Below are positions 52,851 to 62,341 of a stretch of DNA of 64,000 nucleotides, piece after piece (the first letter of the stretch is position 1; each line of letters opens with the position of its first letter). Made by a program: the position numbers and the translations under genes. The DNA comes from Breznakia sp. (lineage in GTDB: Bacteria > Bacillota_I > Bacilli_A > Erysipelotrichales > Erysipelotrichaceae): assembly GCA_045134375.1 (NCBI GenBank), contig JBGUVL010000012.1:2845-66844 (forward strand), read 5' to 3'. The notes under the pieces are model-generated. The model was not told the DNA's origin. It did not search any database and saw only the letters and a program-made list of their open reading frames with translations.

Positions 52851-52873
52851 GGCTATTACGATAGCCCTTTTTG
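52851..52873 (+). terminator. Rho-independent terminator after the zinc-ribbon ORF
   Basis: GGCTAT-tacg-ATAGCC followed by CTTTTTG. Confidence 0.5.
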
Positions 52874-52960
52874 TCGTTCCTCATAATCAACAAATTGTGA
52901 CAATTCGACAGTTTTTCACATACCGCATTCCCCTGTTCCGAAACCAAAATCTTAATATAT

Positions 52961-52989
52961 AAAAAAAAGCATGTGATTGATCCACATGC
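52961..52989 (-). terminator. Rho-independent terminator after nusG
   Basis: Minus strand reads GCATGTG-gatcaat-CACATGC followed by a T8 run. Confidence 0.65.
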
Positions 52990-52996
52990 CCCTCTT

Positions 52997-53545
52997 TTAA
53001 AGTTCAATCTTTTCCAAATCGCCGTATGGAATTTCCGTCGGTGTTTCTCTACCAAATAAAATTGTTAACACAACCGCTACCTGCGTATCATCGTGCAACT
53101 CTTCCACCGTACCTTCGACATTTGTAAAAGGCCCAGAAAGAATCTTTACACGATCGCCTACCGCAAAATCAATCTGTACTTGTTTTTCACTCATTCCTAA
53201 GCGACGTAAGATATTGTCAATTTCTTCTTCTGCTACTGGGAAAGGTTTCGCCCCTCCTCCACTAGAGCCGATAAATCCAGTAACCCCTGGCGTATTACGA
53301 ACAATATACCAAGCTTCATCCGTCATGATCATTTCGACAAACAAATAGCCTGGGAAAAGATTTCTTACCTTCTCGGTTTTCTTTCCATTCTTATATTCGA
53401 TTTCACTTTCTTCCGCAACGATAATACGGAATAAACATTCCTGTAGCCCCATGGTTTCTACACGGCGCTCAAGATTCTCTTTGACACGGTTTTCATGTCC
53501 CGCATAAGTATTTACTACATACCACTCTTTACGTAATTCATCCAT
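52997..53545 (-). CDS. nusG: Transcription termination/antitermination factor NusG
   Basis: WYVVNTYAGHENRV NGN domain plus a KOW domain (GDRVKILSGPF). Confidence 0.95.
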   Translation of the reverse strand: MDELRKEWYVVNTYAGHENRVKENLERRVETMGLQECLFRIIVAEESEIEYKNGKKTEKVRNLFPGYLFVEMIMTDEAWYIVRNTPGVTGFIGSSGGGAKPFPVAEEEIDNILRRLGMSEKQVQIDFAVGDRVKILSGPFTNVEGTVEELHDDTQVAVVLTILFGRETPTEIPYGDLEKIEL

Positions 53546-53548
53546 TTT

Positions 53549-53728
53549 TTACACTCCTAAAAGTTTCAGAATTCCCGCATTAATCAATGTACATAACACA
53601 AAGAATAATGCAAATAACCCTGTAAATACAATGACACTTGAACTATCCTTAGCCAAATCCTTAGGACTCGACCAACGGATTCGTTTGATTTCTTTGATGA
53701 TTCCAGAAATGCTAAACCACTTTAACAT
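53549..53728 (-). CDS. secE: Preprotein translocase subunit SecE (59 aa)
   Basis: Below the ORF-track cut-off. GGAGGG then 6 nt then ATG. Translation MLKWFSISGIIKEIKRIRWSSPKDLAKDSSSVIVFTGLFALFFVLCTLINAGILKLLGV. Lies between rpmG and nusG. Confidence 0.85.
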   Translation of the reverse strand: MLKWFSISGIIKEIKRIRWSSPKDLAKDSSSVIVFTGLFALFFVLCTLINAGILKLLGV

Positions 53729-53739
53729 TACATGCCCTC

Positions 53740-53889
53740 CTATTTTGTTTCCTTATGCAACGTGTGTTTCCCACACTTTTTACAGTATTTCATTATTTCC
53801 AAACGTTGGGTATGAGTTGCTTTGTTTTTGTGCGTCGTATAGTTTCTAGATAAGCATTCACTACATGTCAAAATTACCTTTTCACTCAT
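53740..53889 (-). CDS. rpmG: 50S ribosomal protein L33 (49 aa)
   Basis: Below the ORF-track cut-off. Translation [49 protein letters not shown] has CxxC...CxxC. RBS GAGGTGA. Confidence 0.9.
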   Translation of the reverse strand: MSEKVILTCSECLSRNYTTHKNKATHTQRLEIMKYCKKCGKHTLHKETK

Positions 53890-53937
53890 TTTCTTCACCT
53901 CTCATACACTTTCGTCATTTCATACTTTTTTACTTTA

Positions 53938-54558
53938 TCATAAAGTATTCTCATAGTCAATTGAGCCTTTCAACTTCTTTTTGATTTTACTAATCATATA
54001 CCCAACTCTACGTGTATTGATTTGCAGCTGCTCTGCAATTTCTTCGTAACGATACCCTTCCATCCAAAGTTGAAAGATCTGCTGTTCCTCCTCGCTCATC
54101 TGTTCCATTTCCTTTTTCAGAAAAGCTTGCCATTCTTTTTGTACAAAATAATCCTCTGGATTAAACTCCTTTTGATTATTTTCTATCATATCAATGAGAT
54201 AAAGACCTTCGTTTTCTTTGACGCATTGATCTAGCGATACCGCCATCCGATTCAATTTATTTTTTTCTCGATGCAATTGGCGATAGTACGTAAGAATGTC
54301 TCGCTCAATAACAATTTGCAAAAAAGTATAAAAGGAACATCCCATATCCTCTTTGTACGACAATACTGCACGATACAATGAAATCAAGGAAATTTGATAC
54401 AATTCATGAAAATCATAGTTTTCTTGATAGCGATTTTTATATTGATTCACCGTATAATGCAACACTCTTTTGTATTTTTTTATCAGCAATTCTAATGCAG
54501 CTTCATCATTTTCCAACACAAGACGTATTAATTCAGCATCATTTATGCTTCTTTCCAT
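53938..54558 (-). CDS. sigH: Sigma-70-family RNA polymerase sigma factor, SigH-like by position
   Basis: Region 2 and region 4 motifs (…YRYEEIAEQLQINTRRVGYMISKIKKKL). Same position as B. subtilis sigH, upstream of rpmG-secE-nusG. Confidence 0.7.
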   Translation of the reverse strand: MERSINDAELIRLVLENDEAALELLIKKYKRVLHYTVNQYKNRYQENYDFHELYQISLISLYRAVLSYKEDMGCSFYTFLQIVIERDILTYYRQLHREKNKLNRMAVSLDQCVKENEGLYLIDMIENNQKEFNPEDYFVQKEWQAFLKKEMEQMSEEEQQIFQLWMEGYRYEEIAEQLQINTRRVGYMISKIKKKLKGSIDYENTL

Positions 54559-54572
54559 TCTTTAATTCTCCC

Positions 54573-55289
54573 TCATTTTTCTCTTTGAGAGTAGATTTCA
54601 TAAAGCAGTACACCACAGGCAACCGAAGCATTCAACGAAGTTACCTTACCCACCATTGGAAGTTTTACAAAAAAATCACACTGCTTTTTCACAAGGGGAG
54701 AAATTCCATTCCCTTCACTGCCAACGACCAACACTAGAGGCATATCATAATTTGCCTTTGTATAATCACTCGCATGATCCATGTCACTACCAACAATCCA
54801 ATACCCTTTTTCCTTTAAATATTGAATGGTTCGACTTAGATTGGTTACTTGTGCTACCTTAATCGTGTCAATGGCTCCCGTAGATACTTTTGCCACCGTC
54901 GCATTCAACGATACACTTCGATGTTTTCCGATGATCACACCATCGGCTCCAACGCAATCACAGGTTCGTAAAATTGCTCCCAGATTATGTGGATCCTCGA
55001 TCCCATCTAGCATCACTAACAAAGGTAGCTTATCTTTTGGTATCTGAAGCAATTCATCGATAGAATAAATTTTATACTCATCAATCAACGCTGCCACACC
55101 CTGATGATTTCCTTCTAGCTTCTGATCCATTTTTTTTCGATTCATATAAGTAATTGGAATCCGTTTCTTTTTGATTACCTCCTCCAATTTGCGATCCTTA
55201 AATCCATCCAAAAGAATCACTTCATAAATCTTCTTGTTATCATTCAATAATTGCTTGACAACATTTTTTCCATACACATACTGACTCAT
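54573..55289 (-). CDS. rlmB: 23S rRNA (guanosine-2'-O)-methyltransferase RlmB (SpoU/TrmH family)
   Basis: SpoU_sub_bind N-terminus and SpoU motifs (DGIEDPHNLGAILRT, VVGSEGNGIS, LNASVA). Confidence 0.85.
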   Translation of the reverse strand: MSQYVYGKNVVKQLLNDNKKIYEVILLDGFKDRKLEEVIKKKRIPITYMNRKKMDQKLEGNHQGVAALIDEYKIYSIDELLQIPKDKLPLLVMLDGIEDPHNLGAILRTCDCVGADGVIIGKHRSVSLNATVAKVSTGAIDTIKVAQVTNLSRTIQYLKEKGYWIVGSDMDHASDYTKANYDMPLVLVVGSEGNGISPLVKKQCDFFVKLPMVGKVTSLNASVACGVLLYEIYSQREK

Positions 55290-55293
55290 AATA

Positions 55294-55680
55294 TTACACC
55301 TCTTTTATCTGTATAATATAATTCCACAGTTCTTCTAGACGCTCCTGTTTTCCACTTAGGTATAAATATCCCCACAACGCTTCCAAACCCGTTGCCATTT
55401 TATAGGTTATGATATCCGTATTTTTGGCTTTACTTTCACATTTTGCATTGCGTCCTCGTTTCACAATCAGGAGTTCCTCTTCACTTAGCAGCTGTTCTTC
55501 TAGCATGCGAGAAAGAATCTCAGCCTGCGATACTGCGCTTACAAATTTTACACTCTCTTTCTGAAGCAACTTTGGCTTCTGCAGATTTTTTTCTTGTACA
55601 AGATAAGAGCGAACCTGCAAAGACATTACCGCATCACCAACATACGCTAACGCATTGCCATTGTATGTAACAATATCCAT
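55294..55680 (-). CDS. mrnC: Mini-ribonuclease 3
   Basis: LAYVGDAVMSL...RGRNAK...ATGLEALWGYLYL. Lies between cysS and rlmB as in Bacillus. Confidence 0.85.
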   Translation of the reverse strand: MDIVTYNGNALAYVGDAVMSLQVRSYLVQEKNLQKPKLLQKESVKFVSAVSQAEILSRMLEEQLLSEEELLIVKRGRNAKCESKAKNTDIITYKMATGLEALWGYLYLSGKQERLEELWNYIIQIKEV

Positions 55681-57017
55681 TACAACAACCCTTTCTCTGT
55701 TAATTGTGCTCGGAGTCCATCTGCTTTTTCAAAATTTTTTGCTTTCACTGCCTGACGCCACTCATGATACATGGTACGATCTTCTTCACTCATCGCTACT
55801 TTAGCAATTTCAATACCAAGCACAAATAGCATTCGTTCTATCGTTGCACAAATGATATCCAACGAAACATAATCAATTTCTCTCACACGCAAAGCAGCAT
55901 TTAATTTTTTATTTAAATCAAACAGCGCTTTAAATGCATTTGGTGTATTTAGATCATCCTGCATCGCTTCTAAAAATGGGGCAAACAATTCTTCACTAAA
56001 TTTATTTTCACGTGGATAATCAACTAACGCCATTTTAACGTAGCTTTGTCGCAATGAATTAGAAAGTTTATCTAATTCGCTTTTTGCAGTTGCAATCGTT
56101 TCATCACTAATGTTTAATGGGCTACGATAATGCGTACTTAACATTAGCCAACGCACGGTATTTTCACCATATTTTTCTACAAAGTCTTTCGCCCAAAGAA
56201 CATTTCCCAGCGATTTTGACATTTTCTCTCCATCAATATTCAACATTCCGTTATGAATCCAGTAATTTGCGACATTGGAATGATCATGTACACACCCTTG
56301 TGCCATCTCATTTTCATGATGTGGGAATTTCAAATCCATACCACCGCCATGAATATCAATCAAAGGTTTTTTAAATTCTTTGTTAATCATGACTACGCAC
56401 TCGGTATGCCATCCCGGTCTGCCTTCTGACCATTTGGTATTCCACTTAATGCCTTGTTCCGTTTTTTTCCATAGCGCAAAATCCAACGGATTTTCTTTAT
56501 TACTATTTTCATCGATACGAGCGCCCACCATCAAATCTTCGATTTTCTGTTTCGAAAGTTTACCATAATCTTCCACTTTGCTAACACGGAAATAGACGTC
56601 GCCATCCATTTCATAAGCATAGCCACTTTCCACCAAATCATCAATAAAGGATATAATTTCCTCCATTGTTTCTGTCACTTTTGGTGTCACATCTGGCATA
56701 TCCGCATGCAAACGTCTACGATCTTCGTTGTAAGCTTTAATGTAACGCTCCGAAATCTCTTTCTCAGAAACCCCTTCTTCCATCGCCTTATTGATAATTT
56801 TATCATCAACGTCCGTAAAATTAGATACGTATTTTACATGATATCCACTCACCTCAAACATCTTTTTCAATGTATCAAATACAATAATAGGTCTTGCATT
56901 TCCAATATGAGGGTAATTGTATACGGTTGGTCCGCACACATACATGCTAACTTCGTTTTCCACTAACGGATGAAACTCTTCGACTTTATTGTGTAATGAA
57001 TTGTATAATTGAATCAT
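55680..57017 (-). CDS. cysS: Cysteine--tRNA ligase
   Basis: HIGNARP and KMSKSLGN class I motifs. Start set at the third codon of the ORF (ATG at 57015-57017), 8 nt after AGGAGG. Confidence 0.95.
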   Translation of the reverse strand: MIQLYNSLHNKVEEFHPLVENEVSMYVCGPTVYNYPHIGNARPIIVFDTLKKMFEVSGYHVKYVSNFTDVDDKIINKAMEEGVSEKEISERYIKAYNEDRRRLHADMPDVTPKVTETMEEIISFIDDLVESGYAYEMDGDVYFRVSKVEDYGKLSKQKIEDLMVGARIDENSNKENPLDFALWKKTEQGIKWNTKWSEGRPGWHTECVVMINKEFKKPLIDIHGGGMDLKFPHHENEMAQGCVHDHSNVANYWIHNGMLNIDGEKMSKSLGNVLWAKDFVEKYGENTVRWLMLSTHYRSPLNISDETIATAKSELDKLSNSLRQSYVKMALVDYPRENKFSEELFAPFLEAMQDDLNTPNAFKALFDLNKKLNAALRVREIDYVSLDIICATIERMLFVLGIEIAKVAMSEEDRTMYHEWRQAVKAKNFEKADGLRAQLTEKGLL

Positions 57018-57033
57018 ATGCATATCCTCCTAA

Positions 57034-57226
57034 TAAAAAAACACCTCTTTGATAGAGGTGTATTTCACACGGTTCCACTCTACTTGGTACTCTTGATAGA
57101 TAACGTATATCAACCGATCAGCCTATAAGGTGCATTCTCTTTATCCTCACGCAACAATTCCACCACTATGCTGCTCTCTATACTTATGGATACAGGCTCT
57201 TTTCCTTAATCAACAGCTTATATTTA
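57034..57226 (-). promoter_or_regulatory. T-box leader, specifier UGC (Cys)
   Basis: On the minus strand: AGAGAG, GGTGGAA, GAA-UGC-A specifier context, T-box core AGAGTGGAACCGTGTG, and terminator ACACCTCT-atcaa-AGAGGTGT followed by a T7 run. Confidence 0.8.
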
Positions 57227-57231
57227 CAAGT

Positions 57232-57260
57232 AGTATAGCAATCCTTACTTCATTTTTCAA
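57232..57260 (-). promoter_or_regulatory. Sigma-A-type promoter for the cysS T-box
   Basis: Minus strand has TTGAAA, a 17-nt spacer, then TATACT. Confidence 0.5.
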
Positions 57261-57309
57261 GGAGAAAGCGAACATCTTATTCAAAAATTTGTCACACTAG
57301 CTACCCTTT

Positions 57310-58752
57310 CTATAAGGAATAACCATCTCTTCCTTTTGACTTTTGCCGATATAATGCACGATCCGCACACTTAAATAACGTTTCATAATCCATACCATCA
57401 TTTGGATAAAAAGCAATTCCAATACTTACCGTTACAAAAACACCTTCAATATCCACACTGCGAATCTTCTCACACAATTGCTGGGCTCGCGTCAATGCGA
57501 TTCTATGAATATCTTCCGCATTGATATAGGCAGCAAATTCATCCCCTCCAATACGCCCAAGCAAATCATTATCACGAAAGAGACTTTGAAGTTCATTTCC
57601 AACATGTTGCAATATTCTATCTCCAGTCATATGACCGTAGTTGTCATTGATCTTTTTAAAATTATCTACATCAATGATAAACATGGCACCAGAGGCTCTT
57701 TCATTTTCGATCATCCTCTGCACCATTTTAGTTTCCATCGTCTTTTTATTATAAACTCCTGTTAACGAATCCAGCGTTGCTTCTTGTTCTAAACGCTTTT
57801 CTTTTTTCCTACCAATATTGATGAATGCCAAAAATAGAAGAATTGAGAAAAGAATAAAAACAAGAAGCAATATCATTTCATATCCTTTAATAAAGCGATA
57901 GAATTGCTTTGCCTCCACAGCAGGGACAATCGAACATATCATCCATTCGCCTATTCCCGAGGACAAACAAGAGAGGTAATAATCACCATCCCCATTCTCA
58001 CTTTCCATTGTTATCGTATAAACACCTTGTTTTTTATGAAGGATATTTTTTATTTCATCCATTGCATTATACTTTTTTATATAAGGATCAAAATAATCAA
58101 AAAAGTTATCCTCGAGATCAATGGTTGTACTATCATGATTTCCACTTAGCGCTATAATAGTCCCATCCTCATTCACAACTAGGGAATAACCGGTATCATA
58201 AAATACTTTATCAAACAACAGTTTGCTTAAGGCACTTAAATCATAAGATCCTCCTAGCATACCTACTACCGTATCTCCATCATAAATCGGTACCCCTAAC
58301 ACAATTTGACTTTGTCCATCAATTTTGCTAATGATAGGATCACTTATCATGATTCTGCCTTTCATAATTTCACTAAAATACAATTGATCCGAAATATTTC
58401 TTTGCTCCCCATCACAATAACGAGCATTCCCATTTACATCAGCCAGTAAAGTTCGCTCCAAGTCAGTTGATTTCTCTAATGATTTTGCTACTTTTAAATT
58501 GTTCTCACCAAACAAATCGGAAACATCCAAAGTTGCTGCAATGGCTTCCAAATATTGATATTGTAATTCTAATCCAGTAGAGAAAAGATAGCTTTGATCA
58601 CTAATATCTTTCTCCATTGATTTAATAATGTTTTGGTTTACTTGATTTTCTATACACCAGGAAAAAGTTAGCAACAGGATGCCTACCGCTAATACAAAAG
58701 AAAAGATAGTGGTAACATAAAATTTTGTCGTACGACTTTTCCATCGAATCAT
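57310..58752 (-). CDS. Diguanylate cyclase with an N-terminal TM-flanked Cache-like sensor domain
   Basis: GGDEF domain with RIGGDEFAAY. The periplasmic region between two TM helices resembles dCache by eye. Confidence 0.85.
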   Translation of the reverse strand: MIRWKSRTTKFYVTTIFSFVLAVGILLLTFSWCIENQVNQNIIKSMEKDISDQSYLFSTGLELQYQYLEAIAATLDVSDLFGENNLKVAKSLEKSTDLERTLLADVNGNARYCDGEQRNISDQLYFSEIMKGRIMISDPIISKIDGQSQIVLGVPIYDGDTVVGMLGGSYDLSALSKLLFDKVFYDTGYSLVVNEDGTIIALSGNHDSTTIDLEDNFFDYFDPYIKKYNAMDEIKNILHKKQGVYTITMESENGDGDYYLSCLSSGIGEWMICSIVPAVEAKQFYRFIKGYEMILLLVFILFSILLFLAFINIGRKKEKRLEQEATLDSLTGVYNKKTMETKMVQRMIENERASGAMFIIDVDNFKKINDNYGHMTGDRILQHVGNELQSLFRDNDLLGRIGGDEFAAYINAEDIHRIALTRAQQLCEKIRSVDIEGVFVTVSIGIAFYPNDGMDYETLFKCADRALYRQKSKGRDGYSL

Positions 58753-59214
58753 ATTGAAATCTCCCCTATTCCTGTAATAGTTATATTTTAATTATAAATA
58801 AACAAAAAATAAATAACAATCTTTTTTTATAACACATTCCGATTAAATCAATTTGTTATAAAGAAAGAAATAACAATTTGTCAATATAGGGAAACCATTA
58901 GCAAATCATGTCATATAAACACTTATTTTATCGACATAGTATAGTAGCTGTACAAACAAAAAATTCTTTCCATTAGGAAACATAATTTACTAGCAATCGT
59001 CATTTGAAACCTTATTAATGAATCAAGCAATATTTCCACAGCAATTTCTCTACTTTGTATTTTGATCGCTCCCTTCACACTACTTATAATCTTTTTTTAT
59101 GAATCCTGTCATCATTATTTTTAACCGTTCCTTACCCAATACCGGTAACCATTTTATTTCAAATGGTAATGCGAACGAGCCATCATAACAAAAAATGAAA
59201 TGAAATCAAAAAAG

Positions 59215-59270
59215 GTAAAAAAAAGGCTGTAAGCCTACCTGTTTTCATCAGGTTTCTTAACAGCCTTTTC
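59215..59270 (-). terminator. Rho-independent terminator after gap
   Basis: Minus strand reads AAGGCTGTTAAG..ACCTG-loop-CAGGT..CTTACAGCCTT followed by a T9 run. Confidence 0.6.
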
Positions 59271-59288
59271 TAAATTCAAAACCTCTAA

Positions 59289-60302
59289 TTAAGCTAATTC
59301 AGAGAAGTATTTGATTGTTCTAACCATCTGGCTAGTGTAAGAGTTTTCGTTGTCGTACCAAGAAACAACCTGTACCTGGCTAGTTCCATCACCCATATCT
59401 TTAACCATTGTCTGAGTAGCATCAAATAATGATCCGTAAGTAATACCGATGATGTCGCTAGATACTAACTGTTCTTCAGTATATCCGAATGATTCAGTAG
59501 CAGCAGCCTTCATAGCAGCATTGATATCTTCAACACTTGGAGTTCCTTCAACAACTGCAACTAAAATAGTTGTAGATCCTGTAGGAGTTGGAACACGCTG
59601 AGCAGAACCAATTAATTTACCATTTAATTCAGGAATTACTAAACCAATCGCTTTTGCAGCACCTGTAGAGTTAGGAACGATGTTGCATGCAGCAGCACGT
59701 GAACGACGTAAATCACCTTTTCTCTGAGGTCCGTCTAATGTCATCTGGTCACCAGTGTAAGCGTGAACTGTAGTCATGATACCAGATTTAATTGGGCATA
59801 ATTTGTTTAATGCATCAGCCATAGGAGCTAAGCAGTTTGTTGTACAAGAAGCTGCAGAAATTACTGTATCTTCTGGTTTTAATGTGTTGTGGTTTACATT
59901 GTAAACGATTGTTGGTAAGTCATTTCCTGCAGGAGCAGAGATAACAACTTTACGAGCACCAGCTTTAATGTGAGCAGATGCTTTTTCTTTTGATGTAAAG
60001 AATCCTGTACATTCTAATACTACGTCTACTCCTAATTCACCCCAAGGTAATTCTTCTGGGTTAGGTTTAGCGTAAATAGTGATTTCTTTACCATCTACTG
60101 TAATTGAGTTTTCACCAGCTACCACTGTATCCGCTTTTGCGTATCTACCCTGAGTAGAATCGTATTTTAATAAGTGAGCTAGCATTTTTGGGCTTGTTAA
60201 GTCGTTGATTGCAACTACTTCGTACCCTTCTGCACCAAACATCTGTCTGAATGCAAGACGTCCAATACGTCCAAATCCATTAATAGCAACTTTTACTGTC
60301 AT
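59289..60302 (-). CDS. gap: Type I glyceraldehyde-3-phosphate dehydrogenase
   Basis: [19 protein letters not shown] active site. 337 aa. Confidence 0.95.
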   Translation of the reverse strand: MTVKVAINGFGRIGRLAFRQMFGAEGYEVVAINDLTSPKMLAHLLKYDSTQGRYAKADTVVAGENSITVDGKEITIYAKPNPEELPWGELGVDVVLECTGFFTSKEKASAHIKAGARKVVISAPAGNDLPTIVYNVNHNTLKPEDTVISAASCTTNCLAPMADALNKLCPIKSGIMTTVHAYTGDQMTLDGPQRKGDLRRSRAAACNIVPNSTGAAKAIGLVIPELNGKLIGSAQRVPTPTGSTTILVAVVEGTPSVEDINAAMKAAATESFGYTEEQLVSSDIIGITYGSLFDATQTMVKDMGDGTSQVQVVSWYDNENSYTSQMVRTIKYFSELA

Positions 60303-60331
60303 TTTAAAAGTCCTCCTTCGTTATCATCTAA

Positions 60332-60360
60332 ATTATACTTTTCTGCATGTGTATTGTCAA
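60332..60360 (-). promoter_or_regulatory. Consensus sigma-A promoter for gap
   Basis: Minus strand has TTGACA, a 17-nt spacer, then TATAAT. Both hexamers are perfect. Confidence 0.65.
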
Positions 60361-60423
60361 TTATCAAATGCGGCAAATTTGTTTATTTTTTCACAATTTT
60401 TCCTATGAAATAAAGGGTTTCTG

Positions 60424-60438
60424 TTGTAAGCGTTATCT
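60424..60438. promoter_or_regulatory. Candidate cre (CcpA) site upstream of the gap promoter
   Basis: TTGTAAGCGTTATCT fits WTGNAANCGNWNNCW at all constrained positions. Confidence 0.35.
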
Positions 60439-60555
60439 TTTTTTTGCATTTCAAAAATCGCTCTTTTTCATAACAAAAGCTTTGCCTATAAGATCTAATT
60501 CTTTTCCTAATCGATCGAATTCTTTGCATCACCACAACAAATATACCTAAAACTT

Positions 60556-60587
60556 AAAAAAGCCCTGCGTCAAAAACACAGGGCTTT
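60556..60587 (-). terminator. Rho-independent terminator after the PTS operon
   Basis: Minus strand reads AGCCCTGTG-tttttga-CGCAGGGCT followed by a T6 run. Confidence 0.65.
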
Positions 60588-60635
60588 CCTATTTTTATAA
60601 GAAGTTTGAGAGAGTTTAACTTCCAATTTTATTAA

Positions 60636-61505
60636 TTAACCAATTGTCCAAGGAACTGGTACTAATGGAGTATAGGCACCAGTCCAGATACCAAATACAC
60701 ATCCAACAATACCGATTACTAAGAATAATCCGATACACTTGATTGGAGTCCATCCTTTTCTTAATAATACGTAAACCATTAATGTGAATAATAATGGAAT
60801 TAAGCAAGGTAAAATGGAATCTAAGAAGTTCTGAATTACTAATGGATTTTCCCCGTTTTCAATTACCATACCTAATCGAGTTCCACCACCATAGTTTGCA
60901 ATTAATGCACCTACGATGAATACACCTAATACAGAAGCAGCATGTGTGATTTCTTTAGCGTGAGCTGTCATCATGCTAACTGCTTTTGTACCCATGTTAT
61001 AAGACCAATACATTAATCCATAACGTAATGCCATTTCAACACCGAATGCAATAACGAAGTATAGAATTGGTCCCATTAAGTTTCCACTAATTGCCATACC
61101 TGCTGTCATACCAGCAACGATTGGAATCAATGTCATCCAGAATAATGCATCTCCGATTCCTCCTAATGGAGCAGCAACAGAGATACGTACGGAACGGATT
61201 GTCTGAATATCCATCTTCATCTGTTCCATAGATAATACCATACCCATAACGAATGTTACTGCAAATGGGTGAGTATTAATGAAGTCCATATTGTGCGTCA
61301 TAGAAGCAGCTAAATCTTCTTTATCCGTGTGGATTTTTTCCAAACCTGGAAGCATAGCCCATAACCATCCAGCAGACTGCATTCTTTCATAGTTGAAGCA
61401 AGCCTGTAACTGGCAAGAACGCCAAATCATTTTATTTAAAGTCTTGTTATCAACTCTTTCAGCAGGAGTTGTATTTTTGTAACTTGTCATTACATTAGAT
61501 TCCAT
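60636..61505 (-). CDS. PTS mannose/fructose/sorbose-family EIID component
   Basis: EIID signature (…FNYERMQSAGWLWAMLP…, …FINTHPF…). Start set at the ATG at 61503-61505, 7 nt after GGAGGT. Confidence 0.9.
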   Translation of the reverse strand: MESNVMTSYKNTTPAERVDNKTLNKMIWRSCQLQACFNYERMQSAGWLWAMLPGLEKIHTDKEDLAASMTHNMDFINTHPFAVTFVMGMVLSMEQMKMDIQTIRSVRISVAAPLGGIGDALFWMTLIPIVAGMTAGMAISGNLMGPILYFVIAFGVEMALRYGLMYWSYNMGTKAVSMMTAHAKEITHAASVLGVFIVGALIANYGGGTRLGMVIENGENPLVIQNFLDSILPCLIPLLFTLMVYVLLRKGWTPIKCIGLFLVIGIVGCVFGIWTGAYTPLVPVPWTIG

Positions 61506-62301
61506 CACTCATACCTCCATTTCCTGCACCAGCATTGTTAGCTAAAGAGTTAACTCTGAAGTCTAAGATTGCAAGCATGATACCAACAAATGCTGTCAGA
61601 ATCAAAGCTGCAGAAGCAGTAGCACTGATATTTCCAAATAACTGAACTAATGCGAAACCTGCTAATAAATAACCCCACATATCGTTCGCTAACATAATCT
61701 TTAACAGAATACCAAATCCGACAAAACGCATCATACCACCAGCTGCACCTAAGCCTGCCATAAACCATGAAGCATTTTCAGATAAGCTCTGTAATGTTCC
61801 AGACATTGCTGTTCCACCAACGTAAGCAATTACTGAAATTACTGCAAATAAAGATCCTAATAACAACATTGAAATGTTCAAGCAAGTTGTAATTCCTTTA
61901 GGATTAGCATCTGCAGCAGCCTTATCAGCTTTTGCCATTAAACCAGAACAGATAGTAAATACGATAGTTACAACGTAAGTACCGAAAGTAGCGAAGATCA
62001 TACAAGCTCCTAATGCAGCATCCATATCCATGTTTGCTTTAACCGCGAAGATCATCGCAACGATTCCACCTAATACGGCGTTTGGTGGTTGAGCACCACC
62101 GATTGGCATATTACCAACCATCATCAGTTCGTAAGTACCACCAATTACTAATCCTGTTTGTACATCACCTAAGATAGCACCAATGATAGGACAAGCAATA
62201 ATTGGACGGTAAACAAGTTCTGTTAATGAGAACTGGTCGATGGCAAAAATAAATGTAACGATAGCCAATAATACAACTTCAATTACACTAAAGTTTCCCA
62301 T
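61495..62301 (-). CDS. PTS mannose-family EIIC component
   Basis: EIIC-Man-type membrane protein (…RPIIACPIIGAILGD…). Confidence 0.9.
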   Translation of the reverse strand: MGNFSVIEVVLLAIVTFIFAIDQFSLTELVYRPIIACPIIGAILGDVQTGLVIGGTYELMMVGNMPIGGAQPPNAVLGGIVAMIFAVKANMDMDAALGACMIFATFGTYVVTIVFTICSGLMAKADKAAADANPKGITTCLNISMLLLGSLFAVISVIAYVGGTAMSGTLQSLSENASWFMAGLGAAGGMMRFVGFGILLKIMLANDMWGYLLAGFALVQLFGNISATASAALILTAFVGIMLAILDFRVNSLANNAGAGNGGMSDGI

Positions 62302-62341
62302 AAATTTCTCCTCTTTTTACTTTTTCTAGTAACGTTTCATT

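Larger units (their letters stand above)
51288..52873 (+). mobile_element. IS91-family insertion sequence, minimal extent (true ends undefined; may extend left to 49676)
   Basis: Transposase plus a small overlapping ORF. The family lacks classical terminal IRs, so the ends cannot be set by eye. The hairpin modules on the left may be ter-like ends. Confidence 0.5.
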
